From an uncultured Rhodopirellula sp. (GTDB lineage: Bacteria > Planctomycetota > Planctomycetia > Pirellulales > Pirellulaceae): a stretch of DNA of 63,710 nucleotides. The stretch covers positions 1-63,710 of the forward strand of contig CAXGAI010000024.1 in assembly GCA_964007735.1 (NCBI GenBank). Direction: 5' to 3'. Below are positions 10,231 to 20,183 of this stretch, in pieces. Below the pieces are notes generated by a model. That model was not told the origin of the DNA, searched no databases, and was given only the letters and a program-made list of their open reading frames with translations. A program made the translations under genes and the position numbers. Numbering within the stretch: the stretch's first letter is position 1; each line of letters begins with the position of its first letter.

Positions 10231-11181
10231 ATGAGTATCTCAAAGCTACTACTTTCTGACGTTGCCTGGCCTGACACCAGGATTGAACAACAGCTCTGCG
10301 ATGAAGCGGGAGTTGAATTAATTATTGCGTCAGACTCATCCGAAGAATCGTTAAGTATTCTGGCAAACGACTGTGACGGCATCATCACTTGCTGGGCCAA
10401 TATTACCGAAGCGATCATTGCGGCTAGTGGAAAATGTAAAGTGGTAAGCCGGATGGGTATCGGCCTCGATAATATCGACGTTGATTATTGTACTAGTCAG
10501 AATATTCCAGTAACCAATGTCCCAGATTACTGTCTTCAGGAGGTTGCCGAACATACGCTCGCTTCGGTCTACTCGCTTGGTCGACACATCAACACATACA
10601 ACCTGAACAGTAAGGCAGGAAAGTATGACCGGGAAGTCACTCCACCACTTCGTCGTCTCAAAGGACAGACCCTCGGTATCATTGGTCTCGGAAATATCGG
10701 CCAACGGGTCGCTGAATTAGCAAATACTCTGGGCTTCCGCGTTCTTGGCTTTCGTCAGGACATGACGAAAACTGTTCCGGGTGTCGAGTTAGTCTTGTTC
10801 GAGGATTTGATCTCGCAAAGTGACTTTATCACGCTTCATCTTCCTCTGACAGATATCAACCATCATATGATCGGTGCAGAGCAATTTCAGAACATGAAAT
10901 CCACAGCCTATCTGGTGAATACTGCCCGAGGCGGACTCATAGACCATACTGCGTTAGCAACAGCATTAAAAACCGGTGAACTTGCCGGAGCTGCACTCGA
11001 TGTCCAGGATCCGGAACCACCAGATCTCAATACTGCTCCCTATAACGACCCACGTGTCATTGTGACGCCTCACGCAGCATTTGTTTCGGTGGAATCTTTG
11101 ATTGAACTTCGTCGGAAGAGTGTCAAGAATGCTTTGGATATTTTGCTCCATGGGCAATCAGACCAAATAGTAAACTTCTGA
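10231..11181 (+). CDS. D-isomer-specific 2-hydroxyacid dehydrogenase (CtBP/SerA-like)
   Basis: RMGIGLDNID, GIIGLGNIG Rossmann motif, NTARGGLID, LDV..PEP, TPHAAF. Confidence 0.9.
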   Translation: MSISKLLLSDVAWPDTRIEQQLCDEAGVELIIASDSSEESLSILANDCDGIITCWANITEAIIAASGKCKVVSRMGIGLDNIDVDYCTSQNIPVTNVPDYCLQEVAEHTLASVYSLGRHINTYNLNSKAGKYDREVTPPLRRLKGQTLGIIGLGNIGQRVAELANTLGFRVLGFRQDMTKTVPGVELVLFEDLISQSDFITLHLPLTDINHHMIGAEQFQNMKSTAYLVNTARGGLIDHTALATALKTGELAGAALDVQDPEPPDLNTAPYNDPRVIVTPHAAFVSVESLIELRRKSVKNALDILLHGQSDQIVNF

Positions 11182-11182
11182 A

Positions 11183-12322
11183 TTAACCACGATTGGTCAA
11201 AGATTGACGAGCGGCCAACGCACGCTCCACCGCTTCTTGTGGTGTATCTGCCAACACCGTCATATGCCCCATCTTTCGGCCAACCCGAGCTTCGCGTTTT
11301 CCATACAAGTGCATTTTGAGATTGGGTTCAGCCAAAGCATTCAACCAGTTTGGCTCACCATCCTGCCACAGGTCTCCCAGCAAATTCACCATAGCCGCGG
11401 GGCGTATTTGCTCCGCCGATCCCAGAGGCAGCCCACAAACCGTCCGCACTTGCTGTTCAAACTGGCAAGACAAATGAGCGTCTACCGTCAGGTGACCTGA
11501 ATTATGTGGTCGCGGTGCCAATTCATTGACTAACAGTTTCCCTTCGGTCGTCAGAAAGAATTCAACACACAGGACACCAACAACATCCAACTCGGTAAGG
11601 ATCGTCCGCGCAATTTCTTTAGCTTCTTCCGCAATTGCGGGAGATACGTCAAAAGGTGTCACCGAGACATCCAGAATATGATTATGGTGCCGATTCTCCA
11701 TTGGACCATAGAAAGCCATCGCTCCGTCGTGAGCACGCGCAGCAACAACTGATAATTCACAATCAAAATTTACAAAACGCTCGAGTACCGCTTCTGCATT
11801 GTTAATCTCATCCCAGGCTGCTTGTAAATCATTAAGCGACTCCACTTTCACTTGGCCTTTGCCATCGTACCCCCAAGCCGCTGTTTTAAGGACTGCCGGA
11901 ACATCCTCCTCCGTCACCTGATCGATCTCAGCTTGGGTATAGATTTCACGAAACGGCGTCACGGGAATACCGGCGTTACGCAGGAATGTCTTTTCACGAA
12001 TCCGCTGTTGAGCGGTATATAAAACCCGGCCAGACGGATGCACCGGAGCGTAACGTTCTACCGCATCAATCGTCGCAGCATGAACGTTTTCAAACTCAAA
12101 GGATACCACCTCGACATTCTGTGCAAACTCGGCGACCGCATCTAAATCGTCATAATTCGCCTGTATCTCAAGGTCAGCAACATGCCCTGTGGGTGAATCA
12201 CTGTCCGGAGAGAATACGTGGATTCGATATCCTAATCTTCGGGCCGCTATCGCGAACATCCTTCCCAACTGCCCACTACCTAACATGCCGATGGTCGCGC
12301 CAGGCAAAATAGCTCGGCTCAT
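11183..12322 (-). CDS. purK: N5-carboxyaminoimidazole ribonucleotide synthase
   Basis: [39 protein letters not shown]; coupled to purE. Confidence 0.97.
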   Translation of the reverse strand: MSRAILPGATIGMLGSGQLGRMFAIAARRLGYRIHVFSPDSDSPTGHVADLEIQANYDDLDAVAEFAQNVEVVSFEFENVHAATIDAVERYAPVHPSGRVLYTAQQRIREKTFLRNAGIPVTPFREIYTQAEIDQVTEEDVPAVLKTAAWGYDGKGQVKVESLNDLQAAWDEINNAEAVLERFVNFDCELSVVAARAHDGAMAFYGPMENRHHNHILDVSVTPFDVSPAIAEEAKEIARTILTELDVVGVLCVEFFLTTEGKLLVNELAPRPHNSGHLTVDAHLSCQFEQQVRTVCGLPLGSAEQIRPAAMVNLLGDLWQDGEPNWLNALAEPNLKMHLYGKREARVGRKMGHMTVLADTPQEAVERALAARQSLTNRG

Positions 12323-12813
12323 AGTACGGAATCCTCCATAACTTTTGCGGTTTGTTCTTCTGAGAATTGCTGTAGCTTAGTACGCAACTCTGAACATTCG
12401 TTTGCCAGCACGCGGATGGCTAATAAGGCTGCATTCTTGGCCCCTGACTCTCCAATAGCCAGAGTCCCAACAGGAACACCGCCGGGCATCTGAACGATCG
12501 ACAAAAGTGAGTCCAAACCGGATAATGCCCGGGATTTCACGGGCACGCCTAAAACCGGTAATGTCGTTAAAGAAGCAACCATCCCTGGCAAGTGAGCCGC
12601 TCCACCAGCCCCCGCAATGATGACCTTAAGGCCTCGCGACTCGGCCGTTTTTGCATACTCCACAAGCCACTCCGGAGTTCTGTGAGCAGAAACAACCCGA
12701 CACTCATGAGCGACACCGAATTGATTGAGAATTTCACGCGCATTCTCCAACGTCGGCAAATCCGACTTACTTCCCATGATGATGCCTACCAGCGGTTCAT
12801 TGGCTTCCGTCAC
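12319..12813 (-). CDS. purE: N5-carboxyaminoimidazole ribonucleotide mutase
   Basis: [36 protein letters not shown]. Confidence 0.98.
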   Translation of the reverse strand: MTEANEPLVGIIMGSKSDLPTLENAREILNQFGVAHECRVVSAHRTPEWLVEYAKTAESRGLKVIIAGAGGAAHLPGMVASLTTLPVLGVPVKSRALSGLDSLLSIVQMPGGVPVGTLAIGESGAKNAALLAIRVLANECSELRTKLQQFSEEQTAKVMEDSVL

Positions 12814-13032
12814 TTGATTTCTCCTTAAATCGGTCTGCCGGTCTGTCCAACTTCAACCAGCCAGAATTTTAGATTTTCATTATACGAAACTAACGTCATT
12901 TATATAGTAGCTGAGAAACTTGGTAAGCTTGTGTTCAACAAACGTGTGAAAGTCTCTATTCTGGACTACGATAATGAGCAGCTTCGTCAGTTGCCCCCTT
13001 AACTCATTTGAATTTCGAGTGACCAATAACAA

Positions 13033-14121
13033 ATGAACCATTCTCAGGATGAACCATTCGCCGAACGACATCGCGGACGCGGTGCCGGAATACGTCCAGA
13101 GAACCGCTTTGAAAGCCTGCAAGTCATACAGGATTACGAACACCTGGCCGCAGAGGGAGAAGATCCGGCGTCACTAAACACTGAATACTATGAGGACGCC
13201 TCGAAATCAGTCGTCTCAGAGAATAACAGCCCGGACATTCCTTTTCGCTATAGCCTGAATCCCTATCGGGGATGCATTCACGGTTGTAGCTACTGCTACG
13301 CAAGGCCCACGCATGAATATCTTGGACTCGATGCAGGATTAGACTTTGAATCACGAATCATCATTAAACGTAATGCTCCGGATCTCTTCCGTGACTGGCT
13401 CAATCGCCGTAATTACCAATGCGAGCCTGTGATGCTCAGTGGCGTCACCGATTGCTATCAACCTATCGAACGAAAATTAAAGCTAACCCGGCAGCTCCTC
13501 GAAATAGCTCTTGAAGCCCGGCAACCGATTCGCATTATCACTAAGAACGCTCTTATCACCCGCGATATCGACATTCTTCATGAAATGGCGGTGCAACAAC
13601 TGATCTTGCCGGTCATTTCACTGGCCAGTATCGACGCGAATCTCGCAAGAACCATGGAGCCGCGTACCAGTACACCTCAAGCAAGGCTAAGAGCCATTCG
13701 AGCACTGAGTACTGCTGGGATTCCCACTGGCATCTTAGTGGCACCGATCATTCCGGGGCTCACCGATAGCGGAATCCCTGATACTTTAAAAGCGGCCCGT
13801 GATGCCGGCGCAACCTTCGCAGCACGTAACATGCTCCGACTTCCACTATCTGTCGAACCAATTTTTCTTGACTGGCTGCACCACCATTTTCCTTTGCAGG
13901 AAGAACGTGTACTTTCCAGACTTCGTCAGGTACGCGGAGGCAAACTCAATTCGGTCGCATTCGGAGAGCGTATGTCTGGCACAGGAATCATTGGTAACCA
14001 GATCAATCAGGCGTTTGAATTGTTTCGCAAACAACTCGGTTATCTAGAAACATTTCCAAGCCTCAATTGTGCCTCTTTTTCACCGCCTACGTCTTCCACG
14101 GGACAACAACGATTATTTTGA
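13033..14121 (+). CDS. PA0069/Rv2578c-family radical SAM protein (SplB-like)
   Basis: NPYRGCIHGCSYCYARPTHEY, SGVTDCYQP, TKNALITRD, MEPRT, APIIPGLTD, C-terminal QQRLF. Confidence 0.9.
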   Translation: MNHSQDEPFAERHRGRGAGIRPENRFESLQVIQDYEHLAAEGEDPASLNTEYYEDASKSVVSENNSPDIPFRYSLNPYRGCIHGCSYCYARPTHEYLGLDAGLDFESRIIIKRNAPDLFRDWLNRRNYQCEPVMLSGVTDCYQPIERKLKLTRQLLEIALEARQPIRIITKNALITRDIDILHEMAVQQLILPVISLASIDANLARTMEPRTSTPQARLRAIRALSTAGIPTGILVAPIIPGLTDSGIPDTLKAARDAGATFAARNMLRLPLSVEPIFLDWLHHHFPLQEERVLSRLRQVRGGKLNSVAFGERMSGTGIIGNQINQAFELFRKQLGYLETFPSLNCASFSPPTSSTGQQRLF

Positions 14122-14133
14122 ACTGCGTTATTT

Positions 14134-14652
14134 TCATTTTTGGACCCAGTAGACCATCTTTTTCTTATTACCGTTGTCTTTTATTTTTTTCCTATCCCGT
14201 TTAGACCATGCATTTGAATCAAAAATGCAATCTTTTTTATTGATTGTATTTGTGCCGTGAATAGCTTCAATTTCTTTTTTCAGCAATCCACTGGACTCGT
14301 CAAATGCCTTTGCCTTCTTAAGAACGGTAACGATTTCCTCCGTAGTAAAGTTAACAGATTGTTTATTACCAACCTTTACAACTTTCGTAATTCTAAACTT
14401 AGGTCCAAATGATTTCTTCACAATCGATCGCAGCGTGCTTTTAATTTCTTTTTGAAGTTCGTTATCCAGCGTACCGACTTGACCTGCAAACTCACTCATT
14501 TTTCTAAGGGAATCCAGAATAGCGTCTCTACTTGCATCCGAAATAGCTTGGGCAACAAGGGCTTCCGCTTCTAATGCTTTTTGATCAGCGAGTTCTTTTT
14601 CTTTTTGCGCTTTTGCTGCCAGCTTTTTAGCCTGAGCTAATGTAAGTGCCAT
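14134..14652 (-). CDS. Orphan Lys-rich protein, putative nucleoid-associated/DNA-binding
   Basis: Clean 172-aa ORF with 30 Lys; N-terminal Ala/Lys/Glu helical region and basic C-terminal domain; visibly AT-rich DNA. Confidence 0.65.
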   Translation of the reverse strand: MALTLAQAKKLAAKAQKEKELADQKALEAEALVAQAISDASRDAILDSLRKMSEFAGQVGTLDNELQKEIKSTLRSIVKKSFGPKFRITKVVKVGNKQSVNFTTEEIVTVLKKAKAFDESSGLLKKEIEAIHGTNTINKKDCIFDSNAWSKRDRKKIKDNGNKKKMVYWVQK

Positions 14653-14718
14653 GATCTTTTCCTAATTACTAGTCGTCTATTGATTTTACTACCCACGGGA
14701 AACATGTATTTCCATTCT

Positions 14719-14747
14719 TTTTAAACCACCGAATATTAGGTGGTCAA
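14719..14747 (-). promoter_or_regulatory. Putative sigma70-type promoter overlapped by a 20-bp palindrome
   Basis: Minus strand TTGACC-N17/18-(T)TAAAA; palindrome ACCACC-GAATATTA-GGTGGT at 14725-14744. Confidence 0.4.
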
Positions 14748-14764
14748 GTCTGTGGTGTTTTCCA

Positions 14765-14890
14765 TACGTTGAAGGATGATCTCGTGTGGATGCGATCTAG
14801 TTAAAAAAGCTTAGAACAATCTGCGTTCACAACAATAAGGGAGCGAACAGGATGAACGGACCGACGAGGACCGTTGCATATCTTTTTTTG
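14765..14890 (+). ncRNA. Candidate CsrA/RsmA-sequestering small RNA (speculative)
   Basis: Six GGA motifs in 14774-14870, including CAGGATG and a GACG-AGGAC-CGTT hairpin, followed by a T7 run at 14883-14889. Confidence 0.25.
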
Positions 14891-15091
14891 TTGAACAAAC
14901 TGACTTAAAACGATCATAGGGTCACTTTTCCCCGTAACGCCTGTCAACCAGTCAGGCCTTCAACCACCAACCCGATGATTCATGGTCACGATAAAACATT
15001 GTTTTTTCAAAATCTGTGGTAGTCATGCGTAGGCTCTGGTTACTACAATTTGCATGTAACAAATTAAGCTTATCCGCAAAGGACTTTGATC

Positions 15092-15790
15092 ATGCTAAAT
15101 CGCCGTAAACTCATTCATGGCTCGGCATTTATGGCCGCAGCAATGACCACACCCGGAATTTATGCTGAAGAATTAGTGAAAACAGCTGAATCTACCGAAG
15201 GTCCGTTCTATCCTGACAAGCTTCCACTGGATACCGATAACGACCTTTTGATCATTAATGATTCAATCACTCCCGGAGTCGGCCAAATCACACATCTGAA
15301 TGGTAAAATTCTTTCTCCACTCGGAAGTCCAATACGAAACGCATTTGTGGAAATCTGGCAGTGTGATAACAACGGAGCCTATTTACACGCAGGCAGCGGG
15401 AATGCTGACAAACGTGATTCCAATTTCCAGGGTTACGGCCGCTTTCTTACCGACTCCAAAGGAAACTACTACTTCCGAACGATTAAACCCGTGCCTTACC
15501 CCGGACGTACTCCTCATATACACATCGCCGTTAGCCTGAATGGCCACCGCGTTTTTACCTCGCAAATACTGATTAAGGGCTCCCCTCTTAATCAGCGTGA
15601 CGGAGTTTGGCGTAATCTTAAGGATGATAAAGCACGCAATAGCTTAGTAGCAGCTTTCAACCCTATCAAAGGCTCGCCATTGAAAGAACTCGAGGCGGAA
15701 TTCGATGTTGTTCTTGGACAAACGGCTGAGGAACATCAGAACGGAAAGATTCGCGGTGGTATAGGCAAGCGTCAATGGCGCAGCAGGTAA
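15092..15790 (+). CDS. Tat-exported intradiol ring-cleavage dioxygenase family protein
   Basis: Twin-Arg NRRKLI; EGPFYP, VEIWQCDNNGAY, FQGYG, PYPGRTPHIH (Tyr/Tyr/His/His Fe ligands). Confidence 0.88.
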   Translation: MLNRRKLIHGSAFMAAAMTTPGIYAEELVKTAESTEGPFYPDKLPLDTDNDLLIINDSITPGVGQITHLNGKILSPLGSPIRNAFVEIWQCDNNGAYLHAGSGNADKRDSNFQGYGRFLTDSKGNYYFRTIKPVPYPGRTPHIHIAVSLNGHRVFTSQILIKGSPLNQRDGVWRNLKDDKARNSLVAAFNPIKGSPLKELEAEFDVVLGQTAEEHQNGKIRGGIGKRQWRSR

Positions 15791-15797
15791 TTCATAA

Positions 15798-16340
15798 ATG
15801 CTGGAACTTATTAAACGCAAACTATTCAAAATCATATTCTGGTTGTTTGTGTTAATCGCACTACCAGTCACCATTCTGATGTTTGTGGGTAGCCAGCGAT
15901 ATATTTACCGCGCTGAAGTGAAGATTAATTCGACCGCTGATAACATCTTTCCTTACTTGTATACTCCTGAAAAGGTTTCCGTATGGCAAAGCAGTCTAAA
16001 ATCTCTTTCCCTCAGAGATAATGAATTCAATCAACCTGGCGATACTGCAACCCTGATCCTCGATGGTGGTGAAAAAGACCATCGAATTCCCATTACGATT
16101 GAAGACATTTCACCCAGTACCCACCTAAGAACCTCTTCTGAGTCAGAAGTTTTCAAAACGCAAACGACCTGGGATCTAAAAGCGGTTGATGATCACAGCA
16201 TCGTCCGGCAGGAAGTCGTCTGTTTCTACAGTGGGATTGGACGATTTATGGCACCCTTTTTAACGGACGATGCAGAGAACCAACTACAGGCCGACCTCAA
16301 CCAACTTCGTGAAACGGTGGAGACGGAGGCTGTTAAGTAA
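15798..16340 (+). CDS. SRPBCC (polyketide cyclase/START-like) protein with N-terminal membrane anchor
   Basis: N-terminal TM helix; EVKINSTADNIFPYL..PE..W pattern; C-terminal helix QADLNQLRETVE. Confidence 0.7.
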   Translation: MLELIKRKLFKIIFWLFVLIALPVTILMFVGSQRYIYRAEVKINSTADNIFPYLYTPEKVSVWQSSLKSLSLRDNEFNQPGDTATLILDGGEKDHRIPITIEDISPSTHLRTSSESEVFKTQTTWDLKAVDDHSIVRQEVVCFYSGIGRFMAPFLTDDAENQLQADLNQLRETVETEAVK

Positions 16341-17119
16341 TGGTTCCTCTTGTTGGGAAGATCACCGTTTACCCATTAAAGTCATTTGATGGTATCGATT
16401 TAGAATTCAGTGATGTACTTGCTTCTGGCGCACTGAGACACGACAGACAACTGGCATTAGTGGATCAAGATGGGAAATACTTTAACGCTAAGAATTACGC
16501 GGATATCCATCAGTTCGAAAGCCAATTCCATAAAGATTGGTACAGCATGGTGATTACCCGACCAGCCGAGTCAGCTATGGAGTTCTTCGACTTACGGACG
16601 GACCAGCAAAGACTAGTTGAATGGATTCAACAATTCCAACCCAATGTATCCTCGATCGAGCACAATCCAGTTTCAGGACTTCCTGATGATCGCCAGGCGA
16701 ACGGCCCCACTATCATCAGTGAAGCAACTCTGGAACTCGTCGCTTCCTGGTTTGAAGATCTCACGCTCCACGATATTCGCCAAAGGCTTAGACCAAACAT
16801 TGAAGTTTCCGGCGTCCCTGCCTTTTGGGAGGACCGATTATTTGATAGTAAAGTCCCATTTCATATTGGGACAGCGCAGTTCATTGGAACCGCCCCCTGT
16901 CAACGATGCGTCGTGCCGACTCGTTGTCCCCAAACTGGTAGAGTAACATCAGGATTTGCTGATACAATCGCCGAGAATCGAAGGAAACTCCTTCCAGAAT
17001 GGAGTGATTCTGATCGATTTGATCACTATTATCGTCTGGCCACGAACACCAGGCTGGCTGATAACTGCAGAGGCGGAAATATCAGTCTGGGGGATGAAAT
17101 TGTTCTGGCCAGTAATTAA
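16340..17119 (+). CDS. MOSC domain protein
   Basis: VYPLKSFDG, HDRQLAL, RLRPNIEV, FWED, PCQRCVVPTR; TAATG overlap with the upstream stop. Confidence 0.88.
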   Translation: MVPLVGKITVYPLKSFDGIDLEFSDVLASGALRHDRQLALVDQDGKYFNAKNYADIHQFESQFHKDWYSMVITRPAESAMEFFDLRTDQQRLVEWIQQFQPNVSSIEHNPVSGLPDDRQANGPTIISEATLELVASWFEDLTLHDIRQRLRPNIEVSGVPAFWEDRLFDSKVPFHIGTAQFIGTAPCQRCVVPTRCPQTGRVTSGFADTIAENRRKLLPEWSDSDRFDHYYRLATNTRLADNCRGGNISLGDEIVLASN

Positions 17120-17216
17120 AGACCTTAGATTAAGACTTAAGGCATGCAGTCCGGTGCGATGCCTTTTATAATTAAATCGTTGAAACAACCAATTCATAGA
17201 TGGAATTCGAACTGTA

Positions 17217-18554
17217 ATGTTAAGACTAGGTGAATTCAAAAGTCGAAGTTGCGATGGTATTTCCCGGCGAGCCTTTGTGCAGGCCGGTGCAGCGTTACCA
17301 CTGACAGCAATGCTGACCGGAGAACAGATTGCACAGGCGGCTACGCAAGCACGTGCCAAGACTGTTGTTTTTGTGTGGTTATGGGGAGCTCCCAGTCACC
17401 TGGACACCTTTGACCCCAAGCCAGACGCTCCTCTCAATTACCGCGGACCTTTCGGAACCATTCCGACAACGCTGCCTGGCGTTCGATTTACGGAGTTAGT
17501 TCCACAATTAGCGGCCAGAACAGATAAATTTGCGCTGATCCGAAGTAACGTCACACACGACGGCGGACACCCAGGTGCTGGAACATTCGGTTATACGGGG
17601 CACCGCGAGGGTCGAGGCATTACTATCCAACCTAGTTGGGGATCTATCGTATCTCGTCACCACGGAGCCGGAGCAGGTTTACCGCCTTATGTAATGCTAT
17701 CGCGTGGTATTCCTCGTGACGTTGTTAAGACAATTGATGGTTACGGAGGTGGTGACTGGGGGAAAGCCTATGACCCATTCCTTATCCAGTGCGACGAATT
17801 AGGTAGCATTAACATTCCAGCCCTCAAACTTGTCGATGGTGTCACCCCTGACCGAATTGCCCATCGTCGAAATCTGCAAGATCAGCTCGACAAAATCAAA
17901 CGCAATGTTACCGCAGACACTTTTGACGCCTGGGACAGCAAATCTAAACAAGCTTTCACTCTGTTAACCAACAAACAGGCTCTCGAATCACTCGACCTAA
18001 CCAAAGAATCAACTGAACTTCGGGAAAACTACGGCCAGTCCTCCTTCGGACAAAGCTTATTACTGGCTCGCCGTCTGGTCGAAGCGGAAGTCCCGTTTGT
18101 AAATGTGAGTTGGAGTGAATTCGTCGAAGCATTCAGCCCAAACACTGACTTTGGCTGGGACACCCATGTTAAAAACTTCGATTTACTACCGAATCGACAC
18201 TGCCCGGTTCTCGATACAGCGTTCTCCGCCTTCTTAGATGATATGTATGACCGCGGATTAATGGACTCCACACTGGTGGTTTGCATGGGCGAATTCGGAA
18301 GGACACCACGAATCAATAACCGAGCTGCTCGTGATCACTGGCAACATAACTACTTCTCTATTTGGGCTGGAGCTGGAGTAAAGACAGGACAGGTCATTGG
18401 TGCTAGTGATGCTAAAGCTGAACGTCCGGTCACACGAAAAATTGAGCCCACAGGAGTCGGTGTAACCATGCTCGACTGTATGGGTATCGACAGTATTGCG
18501 CGAGCAGAATTGAATGTGCTGCCGGAAGGAGAATTCATTCATGAACTCTTCTAA
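17217..18554 (+). CDS. DUF1501 protein (Tat signal)
   Basis: SRRAFVQ, WLWGAPSHLDTFDPKP, LLARRLVEAEV, WDTH, GEFGRTP, RDHW. Confidence 0.92.
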   Translation: MLRLGEFKSRSCDGISRRAFVQAGAALPLTAMLTGEQIAQAATQARAKTVVFVWLWGAPSHLDTFDPKPDAPLNYRGPFGTIPTTLPGVRFTELVPQLAARTDKFALIRSNVTHDGGHPGAGTFGYTGHREGRGITIQPSWGSIVSRHHGAGAGLPPYVMLSRGIPRDVVKTIDGYGGGDWGKAYDPFLIQCDELGSINIPALKLVDGVTPDRIAHRRNLQDQLDKIKRNVTADTFDAWDSKSKQAFTLLTNKQALESLDLTKESTELRENYGQSSFGQSLLLARRLVEAEVPFVNVSWSEFVEAFSPNTDFGWDTHVKNFDLLPNRHCPVLDTAFSAFLDDMYDRGLMDSTLVVCMGEFGRTPRINNRAARDHWQHNYFSIWAGAGVKTGQVIGASDAKAERPVTRKIEPTGVGVTMLDCMGIDSIARAELNVLPEGEFIHELF

Positions 18555-19452
18555 GCAAACTCGTGTCAATGGATTATCGATACGACTAGCAATATTGCTT
18601 ATCATCGGTTTGAGCCCGTTTGCTGATGCTGCTGAGCCCATGCGGCTAACCAGCGATGGCAAAATGAAACAAGACCTTTGTTTTACTCATGACACCCAAG
18701 AACTTATTTATTCCGTGCTGAAGACTCCGCAACTGATCAAACTTCAGCGGCTAAATCTCGATTCCGGAACCGTCGAAGATTTTCATACCAGTGCTAATAC
18801 GAATGAAATCTATATCGACTTTGCGAAGGACATGAAGCATTACGCTTATATTCGTAATGACGGTAATCTTCATACGGTTCTTCAAGTACAGGACGTCGAA
18901 AACGGTGAACTCCATAGCCTGAATCCAGGTGGTGGTTTTGCTTGTGTTCGAGCATTAACGATCAGCCCTGACGGGCAAAACGTCGTTTACTCATTCCCCG
19001 AAACAAATGGTTCGCAACAGCTATGGCAAACCGATAACAAACTGCAAAATAAGACCGAACTTACGAAAAGTGACTTCATCGACGCTTATCCTCGGTTTTC
19101 TCCAACTGGAAACGTCCTTACTTTTACCTCGACTCGTAGTGGTAACTTTGACATCTTCCGCATGTCTGCCGATGGCACCGGTATATTCCAGCTTACGGAC
19201 CATCCTGGGATCGACACTCGTCCCTCATTTTCACCGGATGGTTCAAAAATTGTCTATACGAGCCTCCGTCAGGGGAACTACGAAATTTTCATCATGAATG
19301 CGGATGGTTCGAACCAAAAGCAGGTTACGAGCAACTCCGGAAAAGATGATTTTGCCTGTTGGCATCCGGATGGTAAACGGATTGTTTATGTAGGTGAAGT
19401 TAAAGGAAAAAGAGATATCTACAGCATCTCCGTTCAGGATATGCTGGATTAG
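18541..19452 (+). CDS. Exported TolB-like/PD40 beta-propeller protein
   Basis: Signal peptide; repeats PRFSPTG, PSFSPDGSKIVYTS, WHPDGKRI, GNFDIF, GNYEIF. Confidence 0.85.
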   Translation: MNSSKQTRVNGLSIRLAILLIIGLSPFADAAEPMRLTSDGKMKQDLCFTHDTQELIYSVLKTPQLIKLQRLNLDSGTVEDFHTSANTNEIYIDFAKDMKHYAYIRNDGNLHTVLQVQDVENGELHSLNPGGGFACVRALTISPDGQNVVYSFPETNGSQQLWQTDNKLQNKTELTKSDFIDAYPRFSPTGNVLTFTSTRSGNFDIFRMSADGTGIFQLTDHPGIDTRPSFSPDGSKIVYTSLRQGNYEIFIMNADGSNQKQVTSNSGKDDFACWHPDGKRIVYVGEVKGKRDIYSISVQDMLD

Positions 19453-19496
19453 ATTGCCAGCCGATCCGTATTCCAACAACTCTTTGTCGACAGCTA

Positions 19497-20021
19497 CTAC
19501 TGAAGCTGAGTACCTTGCTGTTGCGGGGGAGAGGCAATGGAGGCTGGAGGTATCTCCCGTGCACTCGCGCTTTTCGGCCCATCGGTCTTGATGAGCATTC
19601 CATCTTTAAGTACTTCTAACGACACAACCGAATCGTTTGCATCGTAAGTAACCTGAGCTGCTATGGTTGGGAAATTAGCTTCCGACTCAACGGGATAGGT
19701 CAGCACTTCAGAAATCCCCCCAGTCAGTACGAAGGCGGCCCCATATCCAGCCGCTCGCAAATAGTTCAGCTCTTTGTGCATCCCCTGCTTAAACACAAAG
19801 ATATCGACTCGCTGGCCATTTCGGTATTCCGTTGTAACAGGTGTTCCTACCTCAGCAATTAAATGCAAACGAGCTGTGCCGGCCTGAAAAATATTAAGAT
19901 TCTTCTTATCCGGCGCCTGCATCGCCTTTTCCACAGAACAACCAGCAGCAATAACCAGAACTAGTAGAAGAAGGATGTGAGTAGTTGTTTTATTCACCGA
20001 TGAGAGCTCCCAGAGAATCAT
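19497..20021 (-). CDS. Putative lipoprotein (BamE/OsmE-like pattern with a hydrophobic insert)
   Basis: Lipobox IAAGC; GTARLHLIAEVGTP and VTYDANDSVV patterns. Confidence 0.55.
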   Translation of the reverse strand: MILWELSSVNKTTTHILLLLVLVIAAGCSVEKAMQAPDKKNLNIFQAGTARLHLIAEVGTPVTTEYRNGQRVDIFVFKQGMHKELNYLRAAGYGAAFVLTGGISEVLTYPVESEANFPTIAAQVTYDANDSVVSLEVLKDGMLIKTDGPKSASAREIPPASIASPPQQQGTQLQ

Positions 20022-20183
20022 GAACTAACAGCACTTTTGACGCCGAAAAACAGGCTCCAACCTGTCGTGCAGATTGTAAGAGACAAGAACACTTCCAAGT
20101 AAGACCAGTTCTCTATTGACCGGGAAGCTCCGGCGTATTTCAGCTATACTGAAGACTGTAACTTTACGGGAGAAAAACGATCT

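Noticed and set aside
18541..19452. tolB gene symbol
   Set aside because: Propeller only; no TolB N-terminal domain and no tol-pal context.
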